Assembly (NCBI GenBank): GCA_002841625.1 | Contig: PHAG01000016.1 | Location: 1 to 49,120 of the forward strand | Direction: 5' to 3' | Source: Firmicutes bacterium HGW-Firmicutes-1 | GTDB lineage: Bacteria; Bacillota; Clostridia; Lachnospirales; Vallitaleaceae | Length of the DNA stretch: 49,120 nucleotides | Shown here: positions 29,171 to 39,164 of the stretch, piece after piece | Numbering within the stretch: position 1 is the first letter of the stretch | Layout of the letters: the number at the start of each line of letters is the position of its first letter | Notes under the pieces: generated by a model | The model's database searches: none | Seen by the model: the letters and a program-made list of their open reading frames with translations, nothing else | Told to the model about the DNA's origin: nothing | Translations under genes and position numbers: made by a program

Positions 29171-29331
29171 TTTTGAGTATTTAGGTGTTACCAATCAATA
29201 GCTAATATACTGCGGAAGATCTATTAATTTATATTTAAAACAACTTAATGTTTTTTAATAACAAAGGGCTGGAGAATTCTAGCCCTTTGTGTTATGTTAA
29301 ATGATATATTAATCGTTTATGAGGTAGTGGT

Positions 29332-29865
29332 ATGAAAAAGGTTGATTATCAAAAGAGTATCATTGTGCTTATCGTTTTCTTCGTTGCTATAGTAGCTGTT
29401 GATTCCTATCGGTTAAGAACGAGTCTAGTCACGGTAAACTCTAGTGATACCATTTCTTATGATATGGCCGAAGTATTGAAAGTTATTGATGGAGATACGA
29501 TTGAAGTATTGATCAGTGGTCATAAGGAACAAATTAGATTCATAGGTGTCAATTGTCCAGAACTTAATGATCATTATAGCGAGGAAGCAAAACGATTTAC
29601 TAGTAATGAGCTGCTCGGGAAAATTGTATATATGGAAAAGGATACGATAGATAAGGATCATTACAATCGCTTACTGAGATATGTGTGGACAAGAATACCA
29701 AGCAGTGAGGATGACAATATAACGGAAATGTTCAATGTAAAACTATTGTCTGAGGGGTATGCTAGTATATTGAAGATTGCACCAAACGATAAATATGCAG
29801 CTCAATTTCAAACAATAGAAAAAGAATCCCAAGAAAAGAACAAAGGTATTTGGGAGTTGAAATAA
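29332..29865 (+). CDS. membrane-anchored thermonuclease (staphylococcal nuclease / SNase-like)
   Basis: N-terminal TM helix, then VIDGDTIEV...IRFIGVNCPE...NRLLRYVW, the SNase catalytic core. Confidence 0.8.
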   Translation: MKKVDYQKSIIVLIVFFVAIVAVDSYRLRTSLVTVNSSDTISYDMAEVLKVIDGDTIEVLISGHKEQIRFIGVNCPELNDHYSEEAKRFTSNELLGKIVYMEKDTIDKDHYNRLLRYVWTRIPSSEDDNITEMFNVKLLSEGYASILKIAPNDKYAAQFQTIEKESQEKNKGIWELK

Positions 29866-29892
29866 TATTTATATAGTCCAATATTCAATATC

Positions 29893-29920
29893 TTGACAAA
29901 TACTATGGCGGTGCTATAAT
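29893..29920 (+). promoter_or_regulatory. sigma-A promoter TTGACA-16-TGcTATAAT (extended -10) driving the T-box leader
   Basis: ttgaca 29893-29898; tgctataat 29912-29920. Confidence 0.6.
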
Positions 29921-29926
29921 AGTATT

Positions 29927-30176
29927 AAGTAAACATAAAAATACGATGAAGAGACAAGTAAAATGTGGAAAGTTCTAGAGAGAAGGCCGTAAGCTGGAAG
30001 ACCTTTATTTGAAACATTTGAAGACTACCTCTGAGTGACTTTAATGCAGTCCGTTGATTACGTTATAATCATCATAATAAGTGGTTTCTATGAAGCAATG
30101 AGGGTGGAACCGCGGGAAACAATCTCGCCCCTTACTAATGTATTATTAGTAAGTGCGAGTTTTTTTATTGTTTAAG
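29927..30176 (+). promoter_or_regulatory. T-box riboswitch leader, probable threonine specifier
   Basis: Conserved T-box sequence aatgagggtggaaccgcgg at 30097-30117. Stem-I elements (agaga at about 29948-29955). ACUACC in the specifier-loop region (ACU/ACC are Thr codons). Terminator cttactaat...attagtaag plus a T7 run at 30123-30176. Confidence 0.75.
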
Positions 30177-30384
30177 AATGCTCTTCAAAAGCAATTGGAA
30201 AAGCGGCAGATTGGTAACGAGAGTTTTAATTCAGCGTATAAATAACAAAGTTATTTAACGCGGCACAGCCGATTTTCTTTGTTTAAGAATACACAGCACG
30301 AGCAATTGGAAAGCGTAACATTGACATTAATATGACGTAACTAGAAGTTTAATAAATATTTACATAATTAGGAGGACATAAGAC

Positions 30385-30783
30385 ATGATGTGGAATGATC
30401 AATTCCTTTTAGGAATTAAGGAAATCGATGAGCAACACAAGAAATTGGTAGGTTTGGTTGAGCAAACCAAAGATTTGGTTTATGAAGCTGAGGATGGTGT
30501 GGATTGTTATGATGATCTTGTAATAGTATTAAAAGAGCTAGTAGACTATACAATTTATCATTTTAACTTTGAAGAGAATTTAATGGAATCAGTTAACTAT
30601 GAGGGATTGATAGGACATAAAATGGAACATAAAATATTTGTGAAAAAAATTAGTCAATTTATGAGCGATGATCTAGATGAAAATCAACTTGAAAAAATCG
30701 AACAAATTACATTTTTCCTATTAGATTGGATTACTAAGCACATACTAGGTACAGATAGTAAGTATGTACATTTGTTAAGATAA
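30385..30783 (+). CDS. bacteriohemerythrin (hemerythrin HHE cation-binding domain)
   Basis: W.D.F..G...ID.QH..L......HF..EE..M......H...H..F.......W...HI motif pattern of hemerythrin. 132 aa. Confidence 0.8.
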   Translation: MMWNDQFLLGIKEIDEQHKKLVGLVEQTKDLVYEAEDGVDCYDDLVIVLKELVDYTIYHFNFEENLMESVNYEGLIGHKMEHKIFVKKISQFMSDDLDENQLEKIEQITFFLLDWITKHILGTDSKYVHLLR

Positions 30784-30804
30784 TTAAATAAAAGGAGTTT
30801 ATAT

Positions 30805-32733
30805 ATGATTGTACAATTAAAAGATGGTTCTAAAATAGAACTAGAAAATAAACAAAGTGTCTTAGAAATTGCAAACGGTATTAGTGAGGGGCTTGCTCGT
30901 ATGGCTTGTTGTGCTATTGTCGATGGAGAAGTGGTAGACCTTAGAAAAGAAATTGACAAAGACATTGAACTAAGCATTTTTACCTTTAATGATGAAGAGG
31001 GGAAAAAGGCTTTTAGACATACAGCTTCACATGTTTTGGCGCAAGCAGTGAAAAGATTATATCCAAATACGAAGCTTGCTATAGGACCAGCGATAGAAAA
31101 TGGTTTCTATTATGATTTTGATAGGGAAGAAGCCTTTACTCAAGAGGAATTAGATGCAATAGAAAGTGAAATGAAGAAAATTGTTAAGGAAGGGTTAGAA
31201 ATTGAACGCTTCGAATTGCCAAGGGCAGAAGCAATTTCCTTAATGCAAGAAAAAGGTGAAGATTATAAGGTTGAACTTATTCAAGATTTACCTGAAGATT
31301 CAACAATATCTTTTTACAAGCAAGGAGAGTTTGTGGATCTTTGTGCAGGCCCTCATTTAATGAACACTAAGGCAGTCAAGGCTTTTAAGCTTTTATCTGT
31401 TGCCGGTGCTTATTGGCGTGGTAATGAAAACAATAAAATGCTTTCAAGAATATATGCTACAGCTTTTGCAAAAAAAGCAGACCAAGATGAATATTTAGCA
31501 AAGCTTGAAGAAGCCAAAAAACGTGATCATCGTAAGTTAGGTAAGGAGCTTGAACTGTTTGCTATCTTAGACGAGGGTCCTGGCTTTCCATTTTTCTTAC
31601 CAAAAGGTAGTATTTTAAAGAATACCTTAGTTGAATATTGGAGAGAGGTTCACAAAAAGGCCAAATATCATGAAATTTCAACACCTATCATACTGAATAA
31701 GGAATTGTGGTTACGTTCAGGCCATTGGGCACATTATAAAGACAATATGTATACAACAATTATTGATGAAGCAGATTTTGCTGTTAAACCGATGAACTGT
31801 CCAGGTAGTTTGTTGGTATATAAAACAAAACAACATTCCTATAGAGATCTTCCTATTAGAATGGGAGAGTTAGGACTAGTACACAGACATGAAATGTCTG
31901 GAGCCCTACATGGTTTAATGCGTGTGAGAAACTTCACTCAAGATGATGCTCATATTTATATGCTACCAGAACAAATCAAGGATGAAATCAAAGGGGTTAT
32001 TGATTTAATTGATGAAATCTATAGTGTGTTTGGTTACAAATATAAAATGGAGCTATCAACTAGACCAGAAAACAGTATGGGAAGTGACGAGGACTGGGAT
32101 AAGGCAACAACAGCCCTTAAAGAAGCATTAGATGAAAAAGGTTTGACCTACGTTATTAACGAAGGAGACGGCGCTTTTTACGGACCTAAGATTGACTTTC
32201 ATTTAGAAGATTGTTTAGGTAGAACTTGGCAATGTGGTACGATCCAATTGGACTTCCAAATGCCTGAAAGATTTGAAATTGATTATGTAGGAAAAGACGG
32301 AGAAAAACATCGTCCAGTTATGATTCATAGAGTAGCTTTTGGTAGTATTGAGAGATTTATTGGAATACTTATTGAACATTTTGCAGGAGCTTTCCCAACC
32401 TGGCTTTCACCTGTTCAAGTGAAGATATTACCGATCTCTGAAAAGTATCATGACTATGCACATAAGGTTATGACTACGCTTGAGGATGCAAATATTAGAG
32501 TTGAGCTTGATGAAAGAGCAGAGAAAATTGGCTATAAGATAAGAGAGGCTAGAATGGAAAGAGTACCTTATCTGTTAGTAGTTGGTCAAAGTGAAGAAGA
32601 ACAAGGAACGGTATCAGTAAGAAGTAGAGCAAAAGGTGATGAAGGCGTTTCTGTACTTGATGACTTTATTGTGAAAATAAAAGATGAGATAAAAAACAAA
32701 CTCATTATTGAAAGAGAAGTAGAAGATAATTAA
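30805..32733 (+). CDS. thrS: threonyl-tRNA synthetase
   Basis: N-terminal TGS domain, class II catalytic core (HRKLGKELELF, FRHEMSGALHGLMRVR) and anticodon-binding C-terminus. 642 aa. Confidence 0.95.
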   Translation: MIVQLKDGSKIELENKQSVLEIANGISEGLARMACCAIVDGEVVDLRKEIDKDIELSIFTFNDEEGKKAFRHTASHVLAQAVKRLYPNTKLAIGPAIENGFYYDFDREEAFTQEELDAIESEMKKIVKEGLEIERFELPRAEAISLMQEKGEDYKVELIQDLPEDSTISFYKQGEFVDLCAGPHLMNTKAVKAFKLLSVAGAYWRGNENNKMLSRIYATAFAKKADQDEYLAKLEEAKKRDHRKLGKELELFAILDEGPGFPFFLPKGSILKNTLVEYWREVHKKAKYHEISTPIILNKELWLRSGHWAHYKDNMYTTIIDEADFAVKPMNCPGSLLVYKTKQHSYRDLPIRMGELGLVHRHEMSGALHGLMRVRNFTQDDAHIYMLPEQIKDEIKGVIDLIDEIYSVFGYKYKMELSTRPENSMGSDEDWDKATTALKEALDEKGLTYVINEGDGAFYGPKIDFHLEDCLGRTWQCGTIQLDFQMPERFEIDYVGKDGEKHRPVMIHRVAFGSIERFIGILIEHFAGAFPTWLSPVQVKILPISEKYHDYAHKVMTTLEDANIRVELDERAEKIGYKIREARMERVPYLLVVGQSEEEQGTVSVRSRAKGDEGVSVLDDFIVKIKDEIKNKLIIEREVEDN

Positions 32734-32740
32734 TACAATG

Positions 32741-32778
32741 AACCGCTATATAATCGAATTATATAGCGGTTTCATATA
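32741..32778 (+). terminator. terminator hairpin after thrS
   Basis: aaccgctatataatcgaattatatagcggtt hairpin. Confidence 0.6.
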
Positions 32779-32884
32779 ATCAATTATTTAGATCATGAAG
32801 CAGATTTTTTCACAGATGTATATTTAGTACAGCATTATAAAGAAAGGCTTTTTTGCTTTTTTTAAAAGGAGTAAAGAAATATTA

Positions 32885-33283
32885 ATGAATATAAAAAAGA
32901 TAATAAACATTTTTTTCAATAAAGAATTTATGGTATTTCTTATAATAGGAGTCATTAACACCTTTAATGGCGTCGGGTTGGCCTTATTGTATTCATATTT
33001 CGCTGATGCCAACTTAGCATTTGCTCTTGGTTATGGGACAAGCTTATTAATCTCATATTTGTTAAACAGTTATTTTACCTTTAAGGAAAGTTTGGGGTTT
33101 GTAAAGTTAATTAAGTTTTGTATATCCTATCTTCCTAATTTCATCATCCAATTTGTTACTGTTTTGTTGTTTTACAATCTATTAAATTTTCCTAAAATAT
33201 ATGCATATGCAGTTGCTGCTGTTATTGGCGTTCCAATTACCTTTTTGGTACTCAAGTTCTACGCGTTTGCTAAAAAAAAGTGA
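32885..33283 (+). CDS. GtrA-family membrane protein (polysaccharide-synthesis associated)
   Basis: 132 aa with four TM helices and a GtrA-like N-terminus (FLIIGVINTFNGVGLALLYSYF). Confidence 0.65.
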   Translation: MNIKKIINIFFNKEFMVFLIIGVINTFNGVGLALLYSYFADANLAFALGYGTSLLISYLLNSYFTFKESLGFVKLIKFCISYLPNFIIQFVTVLLFYNLLNFPKIYAYAVAAVIGVPITFLVLKFYAFAKKK

Positions 33284-33397
33284 CTTTGGGGAAATTCTAT
33301 ATTACTTTACGATGAAGTGGAAAGTATATATCAATATATGCCTTTACAAAACATCAATCATTGTGTATACTGATTTTAAAATTAAATAATAAAATCA

Positions 33398-33548
33398 AAA
33401 AGCTAGGGGAGTTCGAAAGAACTGAGAAGATAAAAAGTCTGACCCTTGGAACCTGATGTAGTTAGTACTACCGTAGGGAAGCTTTATCATAATAATAGAA
33501 ATACTAAACTTATTATATAAACTTACCTTATGGGTAAGTTTTTTTTAT
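33398..33548 (+). promoter_or_regulatory. TPP (THI-box) riboswitch with terminator expression platform
   Basis: ctaggggagttcgaaagaactgagaag...tgacccttggaacctgatgtagttagtactaccgtagggaagc matches the THI element consensus (ctgaga / cctgat / gggaa blocks). Terminator aacttaccttatgggtaagtt plus a T8 run at 33520-33548. Confidence 0.85.
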
Positions 33549-33561
33549 TGGAGGTGTTGAA

Positions 33562-33762
33562 ATGGAGCTTATGGTAAATGGAAAAAAAGAAGTATTATTG
33601 AAGGAAATGAGTATTTTAGCGTTTTTAGAGTGGAAGGGATTGAATCCTAAAAGTGTCGTCATTGAATACAATGAAAACATTGCTAAAAGTGAAGAATGGG
33701 AGTCAATTCAATTAAAGGAAAATGATCAATTAGAAGTATTAAGACTCGTTGGAGGAGGATGA
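33562..33762 (+). CDS. thiS: sulfur-carrier protein ThiS
   Basis: 66 aa ending in GG, directly upstream of thiG. Confidence 0.8.
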   Translation: MELMVNGKKEVLLKEMSILAFLEWKGLNPKSVVIEYNENIAKSEEWESIQLKENDQLEVLRLVGGG

Positions 33763-34532
33763 TAATGAAAGATACATTAATGATTGGTGGTAGAGCACTA
33801 AAAAGTCGTTTATTTGTGGGAAGTGGCAAGTATTCAACTGATACGTTGATTCCTGAGGTTTTAAAAAGTTCAGAATCAGAGGTGATTACAGTTGCACTTA
33901 GACGGATTGACTTGGAAGCTACGTCAGATCCTATATTGAGTTTAATCCCAAAGCATATTCAATTATTACCGAATACATCAGGTGCTAGAACTGCTAAAGA
34001 AGCAATTCGAATTGCTAGATTAGCAAAAGCAGCGGGATGTGGTAACTGGATTAAAATTGAAATCATTTCAGATCAAAAGTATTTGTTGCCTGATGGCTTT
34101 GAAACCTTGGCAGCGACTGAAGTTTTGGCAGCTGAAGGGTTTGTTGTTTTACCTTATATCAGTCCGGATTTGATGTTGGCTAAAAGATTGGTGCTCGCTG
34201 GTGCAGCGGCGGTTATGCCATTGGGTGCACCAATTGGGACAAATAGAGGGTTGAAAACAAAGGAATTAATCAGAATTCTGATTAGTGAAATTGAGTTGCC
34301 TATAATTGTTGATGCGGGGATAGGAAAGCCATCTGATGCATGTGAGGCAATGGAGATGGGGGCGGCGGCTTGTTTGCTTAATACAGCAATTGCTAGCGCG
34401 CAGGATCCAATCCGAATGGCGAGCGCCTTTGGTCAAGCTGTAAAAGCGGGAAGAGATGCTTACATTGCAGGGTTAGGTCCTTCGTTTTTTGAAGCAAATG
34501 CTTCCTCGCCACTTACTGGATTTCTTGTATAA
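33759..34532 (+). CDS. thiG: thiazole synthase
   Basis: [18 protein letters not shown]... TIM-barrel ThiG signature. 257 aa. Confidence 0.9.
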   Translation: MIMKDTLMIGGRALKSRLFVGSGKYSTDTLIPEVLKSSESEVITVALRRIDLEATSDPILSLIPKHIQLLPNTSGARTAKEAIRIARLAKAAGCGNWIKIEIISDQKYLLPDGFETLAATEVLAAEGFVVLPYISPDLMLAKRLVLAGAAAVMPLGAPIGTNRGLKTKELIRILISEIELPIIVDAGIGKPSDACEAMEMGAAACLLNTAIASAQDPIRMASAFGQAVKAGRDAYIAGLGPSFFEANASSPLTGFLV

Positions 34533-34542
34533 GGAGTAAAAA

Positions 34543-35637
34543 ATGGGTTTCTATAAAGTATATGATGATTATAAAGATTTTGATTTTGAGGAATATTTTA
34601 GTGGTTTAACAGACGATAGGATTCGAGCAATTCTCGGTAAGGAGCAAATAAATTTACTGGAGTATTTGGCATTGCTATCACCTGCCGCAGAAAATCATTT
34701 AGAAGAGATGGCTCAAAAAGCCCACCGAATGACGGTTCATCACTTTGGTAAAACCATTCTTCTGTACACACCGATGTATTTATCTAATTATTGCACCAAT
34801 CAATGTGTGTATTGTAGCTTTCATGAAAAAAATGATATTAGTAGGCAACAACTGAGTTTAGAGGCAGTTGAGGAAGAAGCAAAAACCATTGCTACGCAAG
34901 GATTGAAGCATATTTTGCTGCTTACAGGCGATGCAAGAAAAATAGCTTCCATAGAATACTTGTCGGAATGCATTAAAGTAGTTAAAAAATTTTTTTCTTC
35001 TGTAAGTTTAGAAATCTACGCTCTTACGGAGGCGGAATATGAAGCGCTTATTGAAGTGGGTGTTGATGGTCTGACCATTTATCAGGAAACATATAATGAA
35101 GAAATTTATGATGCTGTTCATCCAAAAGGGCCTAAGAAAGATTACCACTTTCGTTTAGATGCGCCAGAAAGAGCATGTAAGGCATGGATGAGAGCAGTTA
35201 ATATCGGTGCACTTCTTGGATTAGATGGATGGAGAAAAGAAGCTTTTTACACTGGAATGCATGCCAATTATTTGCAAAACAATTATTTAGGTACTGAAGT
35301 TAGCCTTAGCTTTCCTAGACTAAGGCCACATCTAGGAAGCTATGAACCAAATGATGATGTCAATGACAAAAATCTTGTGCAAATGATTCTGGCTGCGAGG
35401 ATTTTTATGCCTAGAGCAGGTATTACCATATCAACAAGAGAGAGCGCTACTTTGAGAAATCATTTGCTTAAGCTGGGTGTAACGAAGATGTCAGCAGGTT
35501 CCAAAACAGCTGTCGGAGGGCATACGCAAAGCGATGAAAATGTTTCTCAATTTGATATTGCTGATATAAGAGATGTTCAAGAGATGAGTGCAGATATCAC
35601 CAAATTTGGCTACCAACCTGTTTATAAAGATTGGTAA
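34543..35637 (+). CDS. thiH: 2-iminoacetate synthase (radical-SAM tyrosine lyase)
   Basis: CxxxCxxC radical-SAM motif (CTNQCVYCSF) within the thi operon. 364 aa. Confidence 0.85.
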   Translation: MGFYKVYDDYKDFDFEEYFSGLTDDRIRAILGKEQINLLEYLALLSPAAENHLEEMAQKAHRMTVHHFGKTILLYTPMYLSNYCTNQCVYCSFHEKNDISRQQLSLEAVEEEAKTIATQGLKHILLLTGDARKIASIEYLSECIKVVKKFFSSVSLEIYALTEAEYEALIEVGVDGLTIYQETYNEEIYDAVHPKGPKKDYHFRLDAPERACKAWMRAVNIGALLGLDGWRKEAFYTGMHANYLQNNYLGTEVSLSFPRLRPHLGSYEPNDDVNDKNLVQMILAARIFMPRAGITISTRESATLRNHLLKLGVTKMSAGSKTAVGGHTQSDENVSQFDIADIRDVQEMSADITKFGYQPVYKDW

Positions 35638-35672
35638 GAAACTACAATAATAAACGATAACTAAGAAGGTGC

Positions 35673-36290
35673 ATGATGAATGAATTTGAAAAAGGACTAC
35701 TAAAATATCTTGGCAAAGCCCGTTTAGAACACATACAAAGCTATAAAATTGCCATAGCTGGAGCAGGCGGACTTGGCTCAAACTGTGCTTGGAATCTTGT
35801 TAGGTGTGGCTTTAAGAAATTCATTGTTGTTGACTTTGATCGTATTGAAAATAGCAATTTGAATAGACAATTCTATTTTTCAAATCAATTGGGAGAAGAA
35901 AAGGCACATACCCTAAAAGAAAATTTACTAAAAATCAATCCCGATTTAGACATTACCGCGGTTTGTACCAAAATTACAAACGAGAATATTTTATCTTTAT
36001 TTGAGGATTGTCAGATCATTGTCGAAGCCTTTGACAAGGTAGAATATAAAAAAATGATTATAGAGGCTTATATGGAGAAAGAACAGTTATTAGTCGCTGC
36101 ATCCGGTCTTGCTGGTTGGGGCAATAGTGATGAGATAAAAGTCAATAAAATTAAGGATACCTTTTATCTAATCGGTGATTTGAATACTGAGGTAAGTACT
36201 GATACACCACCAATGTCACCAAGAGTCAATATAGCGGCAGCAAAGCAAGCGGATACGATTCTTGAATTTGTACTAGGGAAAATGGCATAA
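35673..36290 (+). CDS. thiF: ThiF/MoeB-family adenylyltransferase (short form)
   Basis: Rossmann GxGxxG (IAGAGGLGS) E1-like fold within the thi operon. Confidence 0.7.
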   Translation: MMNEFEKGLLKYLGKARLEHIQSYKIAIAGAGGLGSNCAWNLVRCGFKKFIVVDFDRIENSNLNRQFYFSNQLGEEKAHTLKENLLKINPDLDITAVCTKITNENILSLFEDCQIIVEAFDKVEYKKMIIEAYMEKEQLLVAASGLAGWGNSDEIKVNKIKDTFYLIGDLNTEVSTDTPPMSPRVNIAAAKQADTILEFVLGKMA

Positions 36291-36331
36291 AGAAACTTCA
36301 AAATATGAAAAGATAAGGAAGGCTCTATAAA

Positions 36332-37012
36332 ATGAGTTCTAAAAGAAAAATAATAAAAGACATTATGGACCAAGAAATTTACTGCATAACAGCTGAAATG
36401 TACTCAAACGGTAGAAGTAATATTGAAATGGTTACTGAAATGGTCAAGGCTGGTGCTAAAATTATTCAATATCGTGAAAAAGAAAAGAAATTGAAGGACA
36501 AATACGAGGAATGTAAACTTATTAGAGCAATAACACACGAAGCAGGGGTTACATTTATTGTAAATGATGATTTAGACATTGCCATACTTGTTGGCGCTGA
36601 TGGTGTACATATTGGTCAGGATGATCTGCCAATCGAACAGGTGAGAAGGCTTGTTGGTGATGAAATGATTATTGGTTTGTCAACACATTCTGCTTTGCAG
36701 GCTCAAGACGCAGTAGAGCGTGGGGCGGATTATATTGGCGTTGGTCCAATCTTCAAAACTGCTACTAAAAAAGACGTTTGTGATCCTGTAGGATATAAAT
36801 ATCTGGATTATGTTGTTCAAAATATTGAAATTCCTTTTGTAGCCATTGGGGGTATTAAAGAGCAACAGATAGCTGAGGTTGTAAAGCATGGAGCTAAATG
36901 TATTGCACTTGTTACAGATATTACAGGCGCAGAAAATGTGAAAGACAAAATGAGGAGACTCAAGAAACTTGCATTCGGTTACGAAACCGTAGCGAATGCG
37001 GAGGTTTTGTAA
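36332..37012 (+). CDS. thiE: thiamine-phosphate synthase
   Basis: TMP-TENI family motifs (IQYREK..., VGPIFKTATK, AIGGI). Confidence 0.85.
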   Translation: MSSKRKIIKDIMDQEIYCITAEMYSNGRSNIEMVTEMVKAGAKIIQYREKEKKLKDKYEECKLIRAITHEAGVTFIVNDDLDIAILVGADGVHIGQDDLPIEQVRRLVGDEMIIGLSTHSALQAQDAVERGADYIGVGPIFKTATKKDVCDPVGYKYLDYVVQNIEIPFVAIGGIKEQQIAEVVKHGAKCIALVTDITGAENVKDKMRRLKKLAFGYETVANAEVL

Positions 37013-37066
37013 CATTGACTCGATACTGAAAGTTCAACCTATAAAATAAGAAAGTGAGATCATAAA

Positions 37067-38371
37067 ATGAATTATACAACGCAAATGGATGCAGCTCGAA
37101 AAGGCATTTTCACAAAAGAAATGCAAATTGTTGCAGAAAAGGAAAATATCTCTAAGGAAGTATTGATGGAGAGAATAGCAAGTGGAGTAGTCGTTATTCC
37201 AGCTAATAAAAATCATACGAGCCTAGATCCTGAAGGGATTGGTTTCGGATTGAAAACGAAGATTAATGTCAACTTAGGCATTTCAAAGGACTGCAGTGAT
37301 ATGGACTTAGAGCTGGAGAAGGCACTTAAGGCCATAGAAATGAAGGCCGAAGCCATTATGGATTTAAGCAATTCTGGCAAGACGGAAATCTTTAGAAAGA
37401 AGCTGATAAGCGCGTCAAGTGCAATGATTGGCACCGTACCAATCTATGACGCATTCGGTTTTTATGAAAAAGAATTAAAAGACATTCAACCTAAAGAATT
37501 TTTAGATGTTGTTAGAAAACATGGTGAAGATGGAGTAGACTTCATTACAATTCATGCTGGCATTAATCAAGAGACGGCAAAGACTTTTATGCGTAATAAA
37601 CGTTTGATGAATATTGTATCCCGTGGAGGTTCACTATTATTTGCTTGGATGCGTATAACAGGCATGGAAAACCCTTTTTATGAATACTTTGATGAGCTTC
37701 TAGATATTTGTGCACAATATGATATGACCTTAAGCTTAGGAGATGCTTGCCGACCAGGGGGCTTGGCTGATTCAACTGATGCAAGTCAGGTCAAGGAACT
37801 CATTACATTGGGTGAGCTCACCAAAAGAGCTTGGGAGAAAAATGTTCAAGTCATAATTGAAGGACCAGGGCATATGTCAATAGATGAAATAGAAGCAAAT
37901 GTATTGCTTGAAAAGAAGCTTTGTCACGGGGCACCTTTTTATGTGTTAGGACCATTGGTGACAGACGTTGCTCCAGGTTATGACCATATTACAGGCGCAA
38001 TAGGTGGTGCAATTGCGGCAAGTAAGGGTGCGGACTTTTTGTGTTATGTAACACCTGCAGAGCATTTGCGTTTACCAACACTTGAGGATATGAAGGAAGG
38101 TATTGTTGCATCTAAAATAGCAGCCCATGCTGGTGATATTGCAAAAAAAGTTGCAGGTGCAAGAGATTGGGATAATGCAATGAGCCAAGCGAGAGTCAAC
38201 TTGAACTGGGAAGGCATGTATCGTCAGGCTATCGATCCTGAAAAAGCCCGTACCTACCGTGAAAGTGCAAAACTCGAAGACGAAACAACCTGTTCCATGT
38301 GTGGCAAGATGTGTGCGGTAAAAACCCTGAATAAAACACTTAATAATGAGGAAATTAATATTATTGGTTAG
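37067..38371 (+). CDS. thiC: phosphomethylpyrimidine synthase
   Basis: Radical-SAM ThiC with C-terminal CxxCxxxxC (CSMCGKMC). 434 aa. Confidence 0.9.
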   Translation: MNYTTQMDAARKGIFTKEMQIVAEKENISKEVLMERIASGVVVIPANKNHTSLDPEGIGFGLKTKINVNLGISKDCSDMDLELEKALKAIEMKAEAIMDLSNSGKTEIFRKKLISASSAMIGTVPIYDAFGFYEKELKDIQPKEFLDVVRKHGEDGVDFITIHAGINQETAKTFMRNKRLMNIVSRGGSLLFAWMRITGMENPFYEYFDELLDICAQYDMTLSLGDACRPGGLADSTDASQVKELITLGELTKRAWEKNVQVIIEGPGHMSIDEIEANVLLEKKLCHGAPFYVLGPLVTDVAPGYDHITGAIGGAIAASKGADFLCYVTPAEHLRLPTLEDMKEGIVASKIAAHAGDIAKKVAGARDWDNAMSQARVNLNWEGMYRQAIDPEKARTYRESAKLEDETTCSMCGKMCAVKTLNKTLNNEEINIIG

Positions 38372-38405
38372 ATGAAATCCCCATATGAATTTTCTTGGAA
38401 AATAT

Positions 38406-38570
38406 TTGACATGTATCTAAAAGCATGTTATAATTATTCGAGAAAAGAAGAAGAGTATCCACTCTCACCTTATAGTTTTGAACTGATAAGGTTATTATAT
38501 AAGTTTTGAAGCCAACTTGAGTTGGTGCGCTTGTATATATGTGGATAGAGTAACTATCCTTTTTTATTGC
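38406..38570 (+). promoter_or_regulatory. sigma-A promoter (TTGACA-17-TATAAT) plus a structured infC leader ending in a terminator; candidate L20-responsive attenuator
   Basis: ttgaca 38406-38411 and tataat 38429-38434. Leader hairpins and the terminator ggatagagtaactatcc plus a T6 run (38543-38566) lie directly upstream of infC-rpmI-rplT. Confidence 0.55.
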
Positions 38571-38613
38571 AAAAAACTAAATTATTTGGAGGTGTAGGAC
38601 TATTAGTGAACAT

Positions 38614-39114
38614 ATGATTAATGAGCAAATTCGAGATCGAGAAGTTCGACTTATTGATGAGGAAGGTAATCAGCTAGGCATTATGTCAGCAAAGGATGCC
38701 CAAAAGTTAGCAAGAGAAAAGAACCTCGATTTGGTGAAAATTTCACCAAAGGCAATTCCACCAGTATGTAAAATTATTGATTATGGTAAGTTCCGTTATG
38801 AGCAAGCTAAGAAAGAAAAAGAAGCTCGTAAGAAACAAAACATCATAACTTTAAAAGAAGTGCGTTTATCACCGAATATTGAGGAACACGATATAACTAC
38901 TAAGAAGAAACAGGCCGAAAAGTTTTTGAAAAATGGCGATAAGGTTAAGGTTTCTGTGCGCTTTAGAGGTAGAGAAATGGCACATACTAACGTAGGAAGA
39001 GAAATCCTTCTTGAGTTTGCAAAAGGGTTGGAAGAAATAAGTGATGTTGAAAAACCACCCAAAATGGAAGGTAGAAGCATGATCATGTTTCTTAATCCAA
39101 AAAAAGTTATCTAA
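38614..39114 (+). CDS. infC: translation initiation factor IF-3
   Basis: INEQIRDREVRLIDEEGNQLGI... is the canonical IF3 N-domain. The true start may be the atypical ATT at 38602 behind GGAGG, as is usual for infC. Confidence 0.9.
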   Translation: MINEQIRDREVRLIDEEGNQLGIMSAKDAQKLAREKNLDLVKISPKAIPPVCKIIDYGKFRYEQAKKEKEARKKQNIITLKEVRLSPNIEEHDITTKKKQAEKFLKNGDKVKVSVRFRGREMAHTNVGREILLEFAKGLEEISDVEKPPKMEGRSMIMFLNPKKVI

Positions 39115-39164
39115 ATTTGAAATAATCTAATTACTTAGATTAACATACAAGGAGGAAAATTGAA

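Noticed and set aside
33201-33389. 62-aa ORF overlapping the gtrA 3' end and the thi promoter
   Set aside because: Out-of-frame overlap with gtrA, and it runs through the promoter of the TPP riboswitch. No RBS.
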